From contig JAJCZL010000038.1 in assembly GCA_029262415.1 (NCBI GenBank), positions 6,137-70,136 on the forward strand: a stretch of 64,000 nt of DNA, in the 5' to 3' direction. Below the pieces are notes generated by a model. That model did no database searches and was not told where the DNA came from. It worked only from the letters and a program-made list of their open reading frames with translations. The position numbers and the translations under genes were made by a program. The DNA comes from Deltaproteobacteria bacterium. GTDB taxonomy: Bacteria; Desulfobacterota; Binatia; UBA1149; JAJCZL01. Below are positions 29,617 to 39,012 of the stretch, one piece after another. How positions within the stretch are numbered: position 1 is the stretch's first letter; the number at the start of each line of letters is the position of its first letter.

Positions 29617-30975
29617 TCACAATATATAACGCGACAGGTCCTGGTCCTCCAGGATCGAGTCGAGTTTTCCGCGTACATATGCAGCGTCGATCGTGTAGCT
29701 CTCGCCGGCACGCTCGGGTGCGTTGAACGAGATGTCGTCGAGAATCCGCTCCATTACCGTGTGCAGCCGCCGTGCGCCTACGTTCTCGCTGCGTGAGTTC
29801 ACCTCGACGGCGACGCGCGCGATCTCGCGGATGGCCGATTGATCGAAGCTCAGCGTCACTCGTTCGGTCTCCAGTAGCGCGCTGTACTGGCGAGTGAGCG
29901 AGTTCTGCGGCTCGGTGAGGATGCGTTCGAAGTCCTCCATGGTGAGAGCGTTCAATTCGACCCGGATGGGAAAACGGCCCTGAAACTCCGGAATCAGATC
30001 CGAGGGCTTGGCCAGGTTGAAGGCGCCGGAGGCGACAAACAGGATGTGGTCGGTTCGCACGATCCCGTGTCGGGTCTTCACCGACGAGCCTTCCACGATC
30101 GGCAGTAGATCGCGCTGCACCCCTTGGCGTGAAACGTCGGGGCCGCCGATCGACTCACGTCCGGCGATCTTGTCGATCTCGTCGAGGAACACGATCCCGT
30201 TCTGTTCGGTGCGGCGAACCGCCTCCGCCGCAACCTTGTTCATGTCGATCAGATTCTGTGCTTCCTGATCGGTGAACAGCTTTATCGCTTCGGCAACCGT
30301 GACCTTGCGGGTGGGGTGGCCGCGTCCCGTTGCACCGCCGGAGCCCCCGAGCATGTTGCCGAGGGTCTCTTTGAGGTTCATACCCATGTCTTCGAGATTC
30401 TGTGGTGTGATCACCTCGAACATGGCCGTGCCATGTGGATGGTTCGGCTCGATGTCGATCTCGCGCTCGTCGAGTTCGCCGTCGCGGAGCATCTTGCGCA
30501 TTTGCTCGCGCGCGGCATTGCTCTCCGGACTGCTCTCCGGGCCGCCTCCGTCGTCTCCGCCCGACGGAGTCGATAGCAGCAGCGCGTCGAGTACGCGCTC
30601 TTCTGCATGTTCGGCGGCCGTGCCCCTGACTTTCTCCGCTTCTTCTTCGCGCACCATGGTGATCGCGATCTCGATCAGGTCGCGGATGATCGATTCGACG
30701 TCGCGGCCAACGTAGCCGACCTCGGTGAAGCGCGAGGCTTCGACCTTGACGAACGGCGCATCAACGAGCTTGGCGAGCCTGCGCGAGATCTCGGTCTTTC
30801 CGACTCCGGTCGGACCGATCATGATGATGTTCTTCGGTGCGATCTCGTCGCGGAGTTCGGGTGCGACCTGGAGACGCCGCCAGCGGTTCCTCAGGGCGAT
30901 CGCAACCGCGCGCTTGGCTTCATGCTGGCCGACGATGAAACGGTCGAGTTCGGAGACGACCTCTCGCGGGGTCAT
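29617..30975 (-). CDS. hslU: ATP-dependent protease ATPase subunit HslU
   Basis: [34 protein letters not shown] and Walker [11 protein letters not shown]. Confidence 0.9.
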   Translation of the reverse strand: MTPREVVSELDRFIVGQHEAKRAVAIALRNRWRRLQVAPELRDEIAPKNIIMIGPTGVGKTEISRRLAKLVDAPFVKVEASRFTEVGYVGRDVESIIRDLIEIAITMVREEEAEKVRGTAAEHAEERVLDALLLSTPSGGDDGGGPESSPESNAAREQMRKMLRDGELDEREIDIEPNHPHGTAMFEVITPQNLEDMGMNLKETLGNMLGGSGGATGRGHPTRKVTVAEAIKLFTDQEAQNLIDMNKVAAEAVRRTEQNGIVFLDEIDKIAGRESIGGPDVSRQGVQRDLLPIVEGSSVKTRHGIVRTDHILFVASGAFNLAKPSDLIPEFQGRFPIRVELNALTMEDFERILTEPQNSLTRQYSALLETERVTLSFDQSAIREIARVAVEVNSRSENVGARRLHTVMERILDDISFNAPERAGESYTIDAAYVRGKLDSILEDQDLSRYIL

Positions 30976-30986
30976 CGGTAGTTTGC

Positions 30987-31523
30987 TCAAGGCAAGACCT
31001 CTACGGTGAGTTGGTCGTTGGTGTAGACGCACAACTGTCCGGCAACCTTCATCGATTCTTCGGCCACAGTACGCGCGTCGAGCGCCGTATGCGCGAGCAG
31101 CGCGCGCGCTGCGGAGAGCGCAAAGTTGCCGCCGGATCCGATCGCGATCACGCCATCGTCAGGCTCGATTACGTCGCCGGCACCGGAAATCAGCAACGAG
31201 GCCTCGACATCGGCGACAATCAGCATGGCCTCGAGGCGACGCAGGATACGGTCGCTGCGCCAGTCTTTGGCCAACTCGACGGCTGCGCGGGTCAAATTGC
31301 CGCTGTATTTCTCGAGCTTGTCTTCGAATTTTTCAAAGAGCGTGAAAGCGTCGGCAGTCGCTCCGGCGAACCCACCCAGTACCTTACCGTCGTGCAGGCG
31401 ACGCACCTTGCGTGCCCGTGCTTTCATAACAGTCTGTCCGGCCGAGACCTGTCCGTCCCCGACCATGGCCACCTGCGCGTCGCGGCGGACGGCGATGATT
31501 GTCGTTGCGTGAGCCTGTTCCAT
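30987..31523 (-). CDS. hslV: ATP-dependent protease subunit HslV
   Basis: [10 protein letters not shown]-terminal Thr-protease signature and GSGGNFAL. Confidence 0.9.
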   Translation of the reverse strand: MEQAHATTIIAVRRDAQVAMVGDGQVSAGQTVMKARARKVRRLHDGKVLGGFAGATADAFTLFEKFEDKLEKYSGNLTRAAVELAKDWRSDRILRRLEAMLIVADVEASLLISGAGDVIEPDDGVIAIGSGGNFALSAARALLAHTALDARTVAEESMKVAGQLCVYTNDQLTVEVLP

Positions 31524-31570
31524 GGTTTCTAACCGCCCTTGGTATCTTGCGCGGCCGCGGATGAAAAGCA

Positions 31571-31600
31571 GCCCCGCTTTTAGGAGCGGGGATGGGCTTT
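31571..31600 (-). terminator. Putative intrinsic terminator. Stem GCCCCGC / GCGGGG with an 8-nt loop, followed on the minus strand by TGCTTTTCAT.
   Basis: Read from the sequence. The hairpin overlaps the xerC stop codon (31580-31582). Confidence 0.4.
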
Positions 31601-32632
31601 ATCGTAGACCGCGGCCAGGCGCTTGAGGTCGAGGTGGGTGTAGCGCTGCGTGGTCGAAATCGAGGCGTGGCCGAGCATTTCTTGGATTGCGCGCAGGTCG
31701 GCCCCGGCCTCGAGCAGGTGGGTCGCGAAGGAGTGGCGCAGCGCATGGGGCCCGGCTTTGATCTGCACGCCGGCGCTTTTTAGGTGCTTGTCGAGGATGC
31801 GCGCCATCGACCGGACGGTCAGCCGACGGCCGCTTAGGTTCAGGAAGACTGCCTGGTCGTCGACCCGTGGGGCCGTCCAGCCTGCGCGCGAGCGCTGCAG
31901 AGCATCGACGGCATCGCGCCCCATCGGGACGACCCGCTGCTTACCGCCTTTACCCGACATGACGCGCACGTATCCGACTTCTTCGTCGATATGCTTCCAG
32001 TCGCATGTGGCGGCTTCGCTCACCCGCAGACCGCACGAGTAAAGCAACTCGATCAGCGCACGGTCGCGCAGCGCAGCTGAATCGTCACCGTCGATCGCCC
32101 CGAGCAGCTTCGCCATGTCATCGAGCGGTAGGTACACCGGCAGGCGTTTCTCGAGTCGTGGTGCACTGACGAGCCGCGAAGGGTCGGTGATTTCCGACTC
32201 TCTGCACACGAACGCGAACAGCGCGCGCACTGAAGCGAGGTCGCGTGCGACCGTCGCGCGTCCCGAATCGCGCAGCCGTGTGGCCAGATACGACCTGAGT
32301 GCGGGCGCACCGGCTGCGGCTGCGTCGTCGAGAGTCGCGGTCTTGGCGATGCGTTGTTCGGCGAGCAGAAAGCCCACGAAGCGACAGACGTCGCCGACGT
32401 AGGCGCGGATCGACCGCGTAGCCAGCCCGCGCTCAACCAGAAGGTAGGCGGCGAACGAGGCTATTTCAGTGACCAGCGGTGCGTCCGCGGTGAGTCCGGC
32501 ATCGGTGCAGAATCGTGCGAGAGGCCTGGTTTCTGCGTGCCCGGCCTCCTGCGCTGCGCCTTTGCGCTGCTGCTTCTTGCGCGAGTGTTTCGGGGGCACA
32601 ACCGCTATGGTATCAATCGCCGTGTGGGTCAT
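31580..32632 (-). CDS. xerC: Tyrosine recombinase XerC/XerD family (site-specific recombinase). The start is ambiguous between ATG 32632 and GTG 32599.
   Basis: C-terminal catalytic region ...[39 protein letters not shown]. Conserved position upstream of hslVU. The 391-aa track ORF has an implausible N-extension. Confidence 0.8.
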   Translation of the reverse strand: MTHTAIDTIAVVPPKHSRKKQQRKGAAQEAGHAETRPLARFCTDAGLTADAPLVTEIASFAAYLLVERGLATRSIRAYVGDVCRFVGFLLAEQRIAKTATLDDAAAAGAPALRSYLATRLRDSGRATVARDLASVRALFAFVCRESEITDPSRLVSAPRLEKRLPVYLPLDDMAKLLGAIDGDDSAALRDRALIELLYSCGLRVSEAATCDWKHIDEEVGYVRVMSGKGGKQRVVPMGRDAVDALQRSRAGWTAPRVDDQAVFLNLSGRRLTVRSMARILDKHLKSAGVQIKAGPHALRHSFATHLLEAGADLRAIQEMLGHASISTTQRYTHLDLKRLAAVYDKAHPRS

Positions 32633-33421
32633 CAACGAAACGTCGCCGGCGAGCCGTGCGCCGAACCCGTCGAGTTTGCCGGTCGGCGCGGCAACAAACT
32701 GGTGGGAGAGGTTTACTGCGCGGGCGAGGGTGCGCCGCTGCTGCTGCTGTGCCACGGCATGGAGTCCACGCGTGGCGGCGCCAAGCAGACCGCGATCGTC
32801 AATGAGTTCGTGCCGCTCGGCTACTCTGTTCTACGCTTCGATTTCTCCTATGTCGGTGACTCCGAAGGCGATTTCGAAGATCTGACGGTTCGCGGCGAGG
32901 TTGACGACCTGCACGGTGCGCTCGATTTTGCGCACGAATTGGCCCCGTCTTCGCTCGTCCTCGTCGGTTCGAGCCTCGGCGGTGCGGTGGCGTTGCTCGG
33001 CGCCGCTGATCGCCCCGCGGAGGTCGCGGCGGTCGCGACGATTGCGGCTGTTGCCGACGCTGCTCTCTTCACCGCGTCGCTCTCGGAGCCCGCACGTCAG
33101 GCCTGGCGTGAGCAAGGCCACCGCCGGTGGGGCGACGCTTTTATGAAGAGATCGTTCCTTGATGACGTTGAATCTCTGGACATCCCTGCGGCGATTGCCC
33201 GCATCGAATGTCCGGTGCTCGCAATCCACGGGGATGCCGACGACGTGGTCCCGGTCGCGCACGCGCGTCTGATCGAGCGCACTGCAGCGGGACCGGTGTG
33301 TGTCGAGGTATTTGCAGGAGTCGGTCATCGGTTTGACGAAGCAGGTGCGCTTAGCGGTCTCCTCGCGTGTCTACGGCGCTGGCTCCCCGAGGCCGTAGCA
33401 CCGCCACGCACGCCGCGATGA
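32624..33421 (+). CDS. Alpha/beta-fold hydrolase (start uncertain)
   Basis: PLLLLCHGM...LVLVGSSLGGAV (GxSxG) ...HGDADDVVP. The track ORF begins at 32354 but overlaps xerC in antisense. The first plausible start is GTG ~32624. Confidence 0.55.
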   Translation: MGHQRNVAGEPCAEPVEFAGRRGNKLVGEVYCAGEGAPLLLLCHGMESTRGGAKQTAIVNEFVPLGYSVLRFDFSYVGDSEGDFEDLTVRGEVDDLHGALDFAHELAPSSLVLVGSSLGGAVALLGAADRPAEVAAVATIAAVADAALFTASLSEPARQAWREQGHRRWGDAFMKRSFLDDVESLDIPAAIARIECPVLAIHGDADDVVPVAHARLIERTAAGPVCVEVFAGVGHRFDEAGALSGLLACLRRWLPEAVAPPRTPR

Positions 33422-33720
33422 GCGCCGTGCGGGTAACGTGTCATGCGTGTGTATGGGCGCACGATTTCGATGGACCGGTTCCTCGGCGTGCCGAGTGCGA
33501 GAGCTGCGGAGCCGATCTGCGGTGTTGCCGTAACTGTGGGTTCTTCGACAAAACGACCTACAACGAGTGCAGCGAGCCGTCGGCCGAAAGAGTGCTGGAC
33601 AAGAAGCGATCGAACTTCTGTGACTATTTTGCAGGAGCCGCGGCAGTCGCTGGGAAAACAGGAGTGGGCGATGGCGATGGTGATGCAAAGACCGAACTCG
33701 ACAAGCTGTTCAAGAACTAG
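33418..33720 (+). CDS. Small Cys-rich zinc-ribbon protein (~100 aa)
   Basis: MSAVRVTCHACVW...ECESCGADLRCCRNCGFFD...NECSE...FCDYF. The ATG overlaps the hydrolase stop by 4 nt (ATGA coupling). Confidence 0.5.
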   Translation: MSAVRVTCHACVWAHDFDGPVPRRAECESCGADLRCCRNCGFFDKTTYNECSEPSAERVLDKKRSNFCDYFAGAAAVAGKTGVGDGDGDAKTELDKLFKN

Positions 33721-34129
33721 CGGCTCGCGCTCAGCGTTTGCAGCGTATGTCTGCGTCGCGTTGCTCCTTACAGGCTCTGCCGCGTGCAAACCCGCAGCGG
33801 GGACCGCGCGAGCCGCAGCCGAGACTTTTCTCGATGCGCACTACGTGCGTATCGAGCTGCAGGCGTCTTTTGACCAAAGCGTTGGGCTCGCGCGTGAGAA
33901 GGTACGCGAGGAACTCGAACTGACAGCGGAAGTCGAGGCCCCTGAGGCGACAGCCAAGCCGCGTATCCATTACAAGCAGATCAACGTCCGCGAAAAGCCG
34001 GGCTCGGTGTCGTTCGTCTACGAGCTGACGATTTCGCCGGAGGGCAGCGCGCCGTTCACGCGTGAGGTCATGCTGACCGTTCGCCGCGGTGATGGCGGCT
34101 GGAAAGTTTCTAATTTTACCGAGTCGTGA
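33671..34129 (+). CDS. Putative lipoprotein (~152 aa)
   Basis: GGAG RBS 7 nt upstream of ATG 33671. AFAAYVCVALLLTGSAAC signal plus lipobox. Overlaps the zinc-ribbon gene by ~50 nt in another frame. Confidence 0.45.
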   Translation: MAMVMQRPNSTSCSRTSGSRSAFAAYVCVALLLTGSAACKPAAGTARAAAETFLDAHYVRIELQASFDQSVGLAREKVREELELTAEVEAPEATAKPRIHYKQINVREKPGSVSFVYELTISPEGSAPFTREVMLTVRRGDGGWKVSNFTES

Positions 34130-34135
34130 TCGCGG

Positions 34136-34927
34136 CTAGCGCCCGGTGAACTCGGGCTTGCGTTTAGCCAGGATCGCGCTCATGCCTTCGGCCGCGTCGC
34201 TACTTTTGAACGTTGCCTCCTGACGTTCGGCTTCCATTTCAATGGCTTCTCCGATGCTGCGTTCGAAGCTGCCGCGCAAGGTGTCTTTCAGGCTACGCAC
34301 CGCAAGTGGGCCGCTCGCCGCGATCTGTCCAGCCAATTCGTCGACGACCTGATCGAAGTCCTCGCCTGCGACCCGGTTGACAATTCCCATCTGGAACGCC
34401 TCTTCGGCCGAGATTGTTCGCCCGGTGTACAAGAGGTCGGCGGCGCGGCTAGGGCCGATCAGGCGCGGCAGGTTCCAGGTTGCGGCCATGCCGGGGTGGA
34501 TACCGAGTTTGACGAAGGTCATGCCGAACTTAGAGCCCGACTTGGCGACGCGTAGGTCTGCGCCCAGCGCGAAGCAAAACCCCGCACCTATGGCGTGCCC
34601 GTTCATCGCAGCGATCGACGGGACGCGGAGATCGCGGATCGAGAGAAACAGCCGGTAAAACGCAGCACCCCCCCCCAGTCCGACCGCGTCCTGGTCGGCC
34701 AACCCCGCTTCTTTGCCGAGCGTTTTCAGGTTCGCACCCGAAGAAAACGCCCGGCCGCGTCCGCTCACGATACACACCCGCGCCGATTCGTCGGCGTTGA
34801 CCAACGCTACGGCCGCGCGGATCTCTTCGCCCATAGAGGCGCTCATGGCATTGAGTTCGTCGGGTCGTTCGAGCGTGATCCGCGCGATTCCCCCGTCGAC
34901 GGTGAATGAAATTTTGTCAAAACCCAT
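34136..34927 (-). CDS. Enoyl-CoA hydratase/isomerase (crotonase family)
   Basis: ARITLERPDELNAMS...GRGRAFSSGANLK oxyanion-hole region. Contains a C9/G9 homopolymer encoding GGG. Confidence 0.85.
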   Translation of the reverse strand: MGFDKISFTVDGGIARITLERPDELNAMSASMGEEIRAAVALVNADESARVCIVSGRGRAFSSGANLKTLGKEAGLADQDAVGLGGGAAFYRLFLSIRDLRVPSIAAMNGHAIGAGFCFALGADLRVAKSGSKFGMTFVKLGIHPGMAATWNLPRLIGPSRAADLLYTGRTISAEEAFQMGIVNRVAGEDFDQVVDELAGQIAASGPLAVRSLKDTLRGSFERSIGEAIEMEAERQEATFKSSDAAEGMSAILAKRKPEFTGR

Positions 34928-35021
34928 GGTTGCCACCCGTATTACGCCCGAATACAATCGGCACCCGTAGCCGTCACCCCTCGATCAGTCAAAGCGTCAT
35001 TCCCTGAAGGTAGTACACAAT

Positions 35022-37130
35022 TTGATTCGCAAACTCCTGATTCTCGTCGCAGTTTTGCTCGCAGCCGCCGTCGGCTTTGGCCTGTCAACGCTCAATACCG
35101 GCGTGAGGAGAGCGACTGACGCGTACGTCGCCTCGGTCGTGAAAGCCGGCAAGCGCAAGGTTAGCTACAGTTCGACCGGGATCAGTCTGTTGCCCTTCCC
35201 GGTCGTTGTGGTCCGCGATTTCGTCGTCGAGAGCAAGGAAGAGTTCGGTGAAGAACCACTGCTACGCGCGCCTGAGGTGCGCGTTAAGCCGAAACTGCTG
35301 CCCATGTTGACGGGGCGTGCGGAGATCGGTTATCTCGAACTCATCGCTCCGGTTCTACGCGTGGCGCGCAGATCCGCGGGGGAGACAGACCTAGGTGCCT
35401 GGCTCGCGGGGGTACCCGAAGGTGAGAGCGGGCGCGTGACGGTGCCGCTTGCCGTCACTTCCGGACGCGTCGAATTCGAGCAGCTGGGTGCCGATGACGA
35501 CTCGACTGACGGTCCTCTTCGTATCGTATTTGAGGACATAAGTGCACAGCTCGAACCTACACGCGGGGACGGTCGCACGGCGTTTGTGGTTGACGGCGCT
35601 GCGCCGGGGGAGAGCGCGCGCTTCCAGGTGTCAGGAAGCGTACGTCCGACCGGTGAGGCGACGAAAGGTCTCGAAGTCGACGTTGAATACGAAATCGCTG
35701 ATTTTGACACCGGTGCGGCACAGCCGATGCTTCCGTCGGTTGAGGGCATTTTCCTCAGCGGCCCATTGTCGCTCGCGGGCGGGTTCAACGGCTTTGCTGG
35801 CGGCCGGTCTACAGAGTCGCGTCCTGCGGAGAAGCTGCTCGGTACGGTCAAGGGCAACGGGTATATCTCAGCCTTTGGTGTCGTTGAACCGGTTTCGGTT
35901 GACATGAAGGTGTCGGACAAGGACGGGCGGTTGCGACTCGACGATGCGCGTTTCACCTGGAGTGGTGTAGATTTCACCGCCAAGGGTTGGACTTCGCACA
36001 CGCTTGCGCAAAATGCGCTATTGAACATCGACTTCGTCGGCTTCGACACCGACGCGGTTCTCGCCAAGTACGGATACAGCGACGCCATGCGCCCGCGTAG
36101 TTCATTCGACGGTCACATACGTATGGAGGGTACGCTCAAAAGACCGCTGTTCCGCTACGAGGCTGAGTCCAAGGGTATGGAGATGGATTTTTACAGCTCC
36201 TATCCGGTCAAGGTCGGCCCGATGAAAGCCAAGGGAATTCTGCTGTCGATCAGCGCGGATTTCTCCGCCTCTATAAACGCGGATTTCCTGAGCGTCGGGC
36301 CGATGCGGGTTGACGACACCAGCTTCGGGTTTCGCTATTGGCGCGACAAGCTTACGTTCAACCTGACCAAGGTCGAAGTGTGGGACGCGATTGCGACCGT
36401 CGCTGCGCGCTACGAACCGCGCGAAGCCAACGCGAATGAGGTTGCGGGTCTGTTTGACGACTTGGATGCCGGCGTTGCGCTCAGTAACGTTTTCCCCAAC
36501 CTCAAGCCGAAGATCGACGGGCGCATGGACGCGATTGTTCAACTCGGAAGCGACGACCACGGCACTTGGGCGATGGGCCGCATCGGTGTACACGAAGGCA
36601 ATTTCCCCGGGCTTTCTTTCGGCACGGCGGTGGTTGAGTCGATCGCGTCGCAGCCCGGCTTGCGGCCTTTGCGTGACGCCGAAATCCAAGCCGCTTTTAC
36701 CGGGTCGATGTCCGGTAACGCTACCAAGTTCCGGACCGTAAAGTTCGATTTCCAGTCGCGTGAGGGGGGATTTGACCTGGGCAGCGTGCTGGTGCGAACT
36801 GATGCGCTCGAATTCCGAGGCGCGGGTCTCGTATCGGGCGCAGGCGTCATCGACCTCGACGGCGATGCGATGCCGATCGGCGCATACCGTGAACGGGTCT
36901 TTGCACAGATCCCGGCGCTTCGCCGCATACAAGGCGACGACCGTATGTTGCATATCCCCGTGTCGATGGACGGTGCACTCGATTCTCTGCGGATCGGTGT
37001 GGCCCCGGAGTTCGTCACCGCTGCGACGCTTGCGGCAGCCGGTAAGCTGGTTTCGCCGCCGGCGGTGCCGAGCGCGCGCAAGCCGCTCGAGTTCGATCTT
37101 CCTGTGCTCGCAGACGAATACGGCCGCTGA
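35022..37130 (+). CDS. AsmA-family outer-membrane biogenesis protein
   Basis: N-terminal membrane anchor MIRKLLILVAVLLAAAVGF followed by a long beta-rich periplasmic region typical of AsmA/TamB-like proteins. Confidence 0.5.
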   Translation: MIRKLLILVAVLLAAAVGFGLSTLNTGVRRATDAYVASVVKAGKRKVSYSSTGISLLPFPVVVVRDFVVESKEEFGEEPLLRAPEVRVKPKLLPMLTGRAEIGYLELIAPVLRVARRSAGETDLGAWLAGVPEGESGRVTVPLAVTSGRVEFEQLGADDDSTDGPLRIVFEDISAQLEPTRGDGRTAFVVDGAAPGESARFQVSGSVRPTGEATKGLEVDVEYEIADFDTGAAQPMLPSVEGIFLSGPLSLAGGFNGFAGGRSTESRPAEKLLGTVKGNGYISAFGVVEPVSVDMKVSDKDGRLRLDDARFTWSGVDFTAKGWTSHTLAQNALLNIDFVGFDTDAVLAKYGYSDAMRPRSSFDGHIRMEGTLKRPLFRYEAESKGMEMDFYSSYPVKVGPMKAKGILLSISADFSASINADFLSVGPMRVDDTSFGFRYWRDKLTFNLTKVEVWDAIATVAARYEPREANANEVAGLFDDLDAGVALSNVFPNLKPKIDGRMDAIVQLGSDDHGTWAMGRIGVHEGNFPGLSFGTAVVESIASQPGLRPLRDAEIQAAFTGSMSGNATKFRTVKFDFQSREGGFDLGSVLVRTDALEFRGAGLVSGAGVIDLDGDAMPIGAYRERVFAQIPALRRIQGDDRMLHIPVSMDGALDSLRIGVAPEFVTAATLAAAGKLVSPPAVPSARKPLEFDLPVLADEYGR

Positions 37131-37132
37131 TC

Positions 37133-37465
37133 GTGGGTGCGGCGATCACGATCGCCCTGGTGCTCGCTCTGGTTTTTTCGGCGTGGCGTTTTTTTGTGCG
37201 TGCCCGGTTGCGCAGGTCGCAGCAGACGGCGTCGGGCGGGTCTCAGGCTACGGCGATCGAGGTCGACCGCTACGACGAAATTGACGCCGAGCTTGCTTCG
37301 CGCCGTTGTCTTTGTGGTGGCAAGCTCAGGACGCTGGGTGAAGGTACCGCCGAGCAGGGCGAACGCAGTTTCCGTGTGGTGCGAACCGAGTGCGAACGCT
37401 GTGAAGAACTCGGCTGGGTTTACTTCGACTTGAGCGCTATCGAACAGGCGCCGACGCTCCACTGA
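37133..37465 (+). CDS. Small membrane-anchored zinc-ribbon protein (GTG start)
   Basis: N-terminal TM helix AAITIALVLALVFSAW, then CLCGG...CERCEE Cys pairs. Starts 2 nt after the AsmA stop. Confidence 0.45.
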   Translation: MGAAITIALVLALVFSAWRFFVRARLRRSQQTASGGSQATAIEVDRYDEIDAELASRRCLCGGKLRTLGEGTAEQGERSFRVVRTECERCEELGWVYFDLSAIEQAPTLH

Positions 37466-37471
37466 AAAACT

Positions 37472-37786
37472 GTGAAGATTCCAGATTCTTATTTTGATGC
37501 TGCCTTGGGACTCTACGCGGTCTTTGTGCGCATCCCTCGGCGTGAATCTATCCTTCTGAAGCTTGTATTGGAGAGCTACGAGGGGCTCGCCGTGGTGCGT
37601 AGCGTCGAACCTGACGGCGGCGGGCTAGGGGCGGAACACGTGCTATTGGTGGTTTGCGATGCGGTAGCCGACGTCGAGAGGGTGCTTGCATCGGTGGACT
37701 ATGAGGTTCCGGCCGAGCTGATGACGCCCACCCCGGCCATGCGCGACGATTTACGCGCGCAACTCTTGGGCGAGTTGGATCGCTAG
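37472..37786 (+). CDS. Hypothetical protein, DUF4911-like
   Basis: 104-aa ORF MKIPDSYF...YAVFVRIPRRESILLKLVLESYEGLA resembling a small conserved deltaproteobacterial family. Called from memory, not verified. Confidence 0.4.
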   Translation: MKIPDSYFDAALGLYAVFVRIPRRESILLKLVLESYEGLAVVRSVEPDGGGLGAEHVLLVVCDAVADVERVLASVDYEVPAELMTPTPAMRDDLRAQLLGELDR

Positions 37787-38535
37787 AGTTCCGCGTCGTC
37801 GCCGGTTTTGCGGGTCACCGCGTAGGCAACGCCGATCGAGAGGCAGTAAAGGATCAGCACCGGGAACGCCATCAAGATCTGCGATGCGACGTCGGGTGGG
37901 GTGAGAACTGCCGAGAGCACAAACACCGCGAGTATTGCGTGGCGAAAATACTTGATGAGAGTCAGGTGTGTGATTACCCCGACGCGTGCAAGGAAGAAGC
38001 TTGCGACCGGAAGCTCAAAAGTGATGCCGAATGCGAGCAGCATTTGCGCCGAGAAAGAAAGGTACTCGCTGATGCGGATCGCTGGGTCGATACCGATTTT
38101 TGCGTACTCGCCGAGCAAGAACGGGAACCCGAGCGGGAAGACGACGTAGTAGCAGAACGTGGCGCCGCTGAGGAAGAAGAACGTTCCGAAGATCACGAAC
38201 CCGCGCGCAGTCTGCGCTTCCTTCGTTTTCAGGCCGGGTACGGTGAACTTCCACGCCTGATGGAGGAGAACCGGCAGGGCGAGGAAAACGCCCGCGATGA
38301 ACGCGACCTTGAGCCGGGTGAAGAAGGCCTCAGCGACGCCGGTTCCGATCAACGTTGCGGTGATCCCACTTTCCGCCGCTGCCGCAAACAGCGGGTCCGT
38401 CAGCGCCGCGAACAGCGGCCCGGTTGCCGGGTAGCAAACCGCGAAACCGACAGCGGCGGCCACCAGCGAGCGGAAGAGCCGCGTACGCAGCTCTCCGAGA
38501 TGGCCGGAGAGCGGAAGTTCCTGGTCTCCGGGCAT
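37783..38535 (-). CDS. tatC: Sec-independent protein translocase TatC
   Basis: HLGELRTRLF motif and six TM segments. Confidence 0.9.
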   Translation of the reverse strand: MPGDQELPLSGHLGELRTRLFRSLVAAAVGFAVCYPATGPLFAALTDPLFAAAAESGITATLIGTGVAEAFFTRLKVAFIAGVFLALPVLLHQAWKFTVPGLKTKEAQTARGFVIFGTFFFLSGATFCYYVVFPLGFPFLLGEYAKIGIDPAIRISEYLSFSAQMLLAFGITFELPVASFFLARVGVITHLTLIKYFRHAILAVFVLSAVLTPPDVASQILMAFPVLILYCLSIGVAYAVTRKTGDDAEL

Positions 38536-38867
38536 CAGTCCGTGGCTTTGTCGTTTGCAGAGTCTTCGGGGGCGCTGCTCCCGCCCTCGATGCCGTCGTC
38601 GCGCTCAAGGCGCTTTTTGCGGCGCTCCTCTGCATCACGTCTGCGATTCTCAGCCTCGAGGTCGGCATCGTGAGTGGCGCCGCGAACCTCTTCGTCGACC
38701 ATGATGCGGGCGTTATCGAGATCCTCGGTAAGCTCCGAGGTTGCCTTGCGGAACTCCGCCAAACCGCGTCCGAGCGAGCGCGCGAGCTCGGGCAGACGTT
38801 TCGGTCCGAGCACCAGTAGGGCGATGACCAGAATGACGATGAGTTCTGTCGAGCCGATTCCGAACAT
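38535..38867 (-). CDS. tatA: Twin-arginine translocase TatA/TatB-family subunit
   Basis: [42 protein letters not shown]. Start taken at the internal Met. Confidence 0.85.
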   Translation of the reverse strand: MFGIGSTELIVILVIALLVLGPKRLPELARSLGRGLAEFRKATSELTEDLDNARIMVDEEVRGATHDADLEAENRRRDAEERRKKRLERDDGIEGGSSAPEDSANDKATD

Positions 38868-39012
38868 TGTTTGTACAGCACGCGCGACGGACACGCGTAG
38901 CCTCAACGCTAGGGCCGTACGCCGCGGCTGTCAACCACGCCGGGCATAGTTGTGCCTTGGGTTTAAGGCGTGAACACCGGCGTGCTTCAAAACATCGCCT
39001 ACGGTAGATCTC

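Noticed and set aside
31580-32755. Tyrosine recombinase as an integrase of a mobile element or prophage
   Set aside because: It sits in the conserved xerC-hslV-hslU arrangement with housekeeping flanks. There is no att-like repeat, phage gene or tRNA nearby. It is interpreted as chromosomal XerC.
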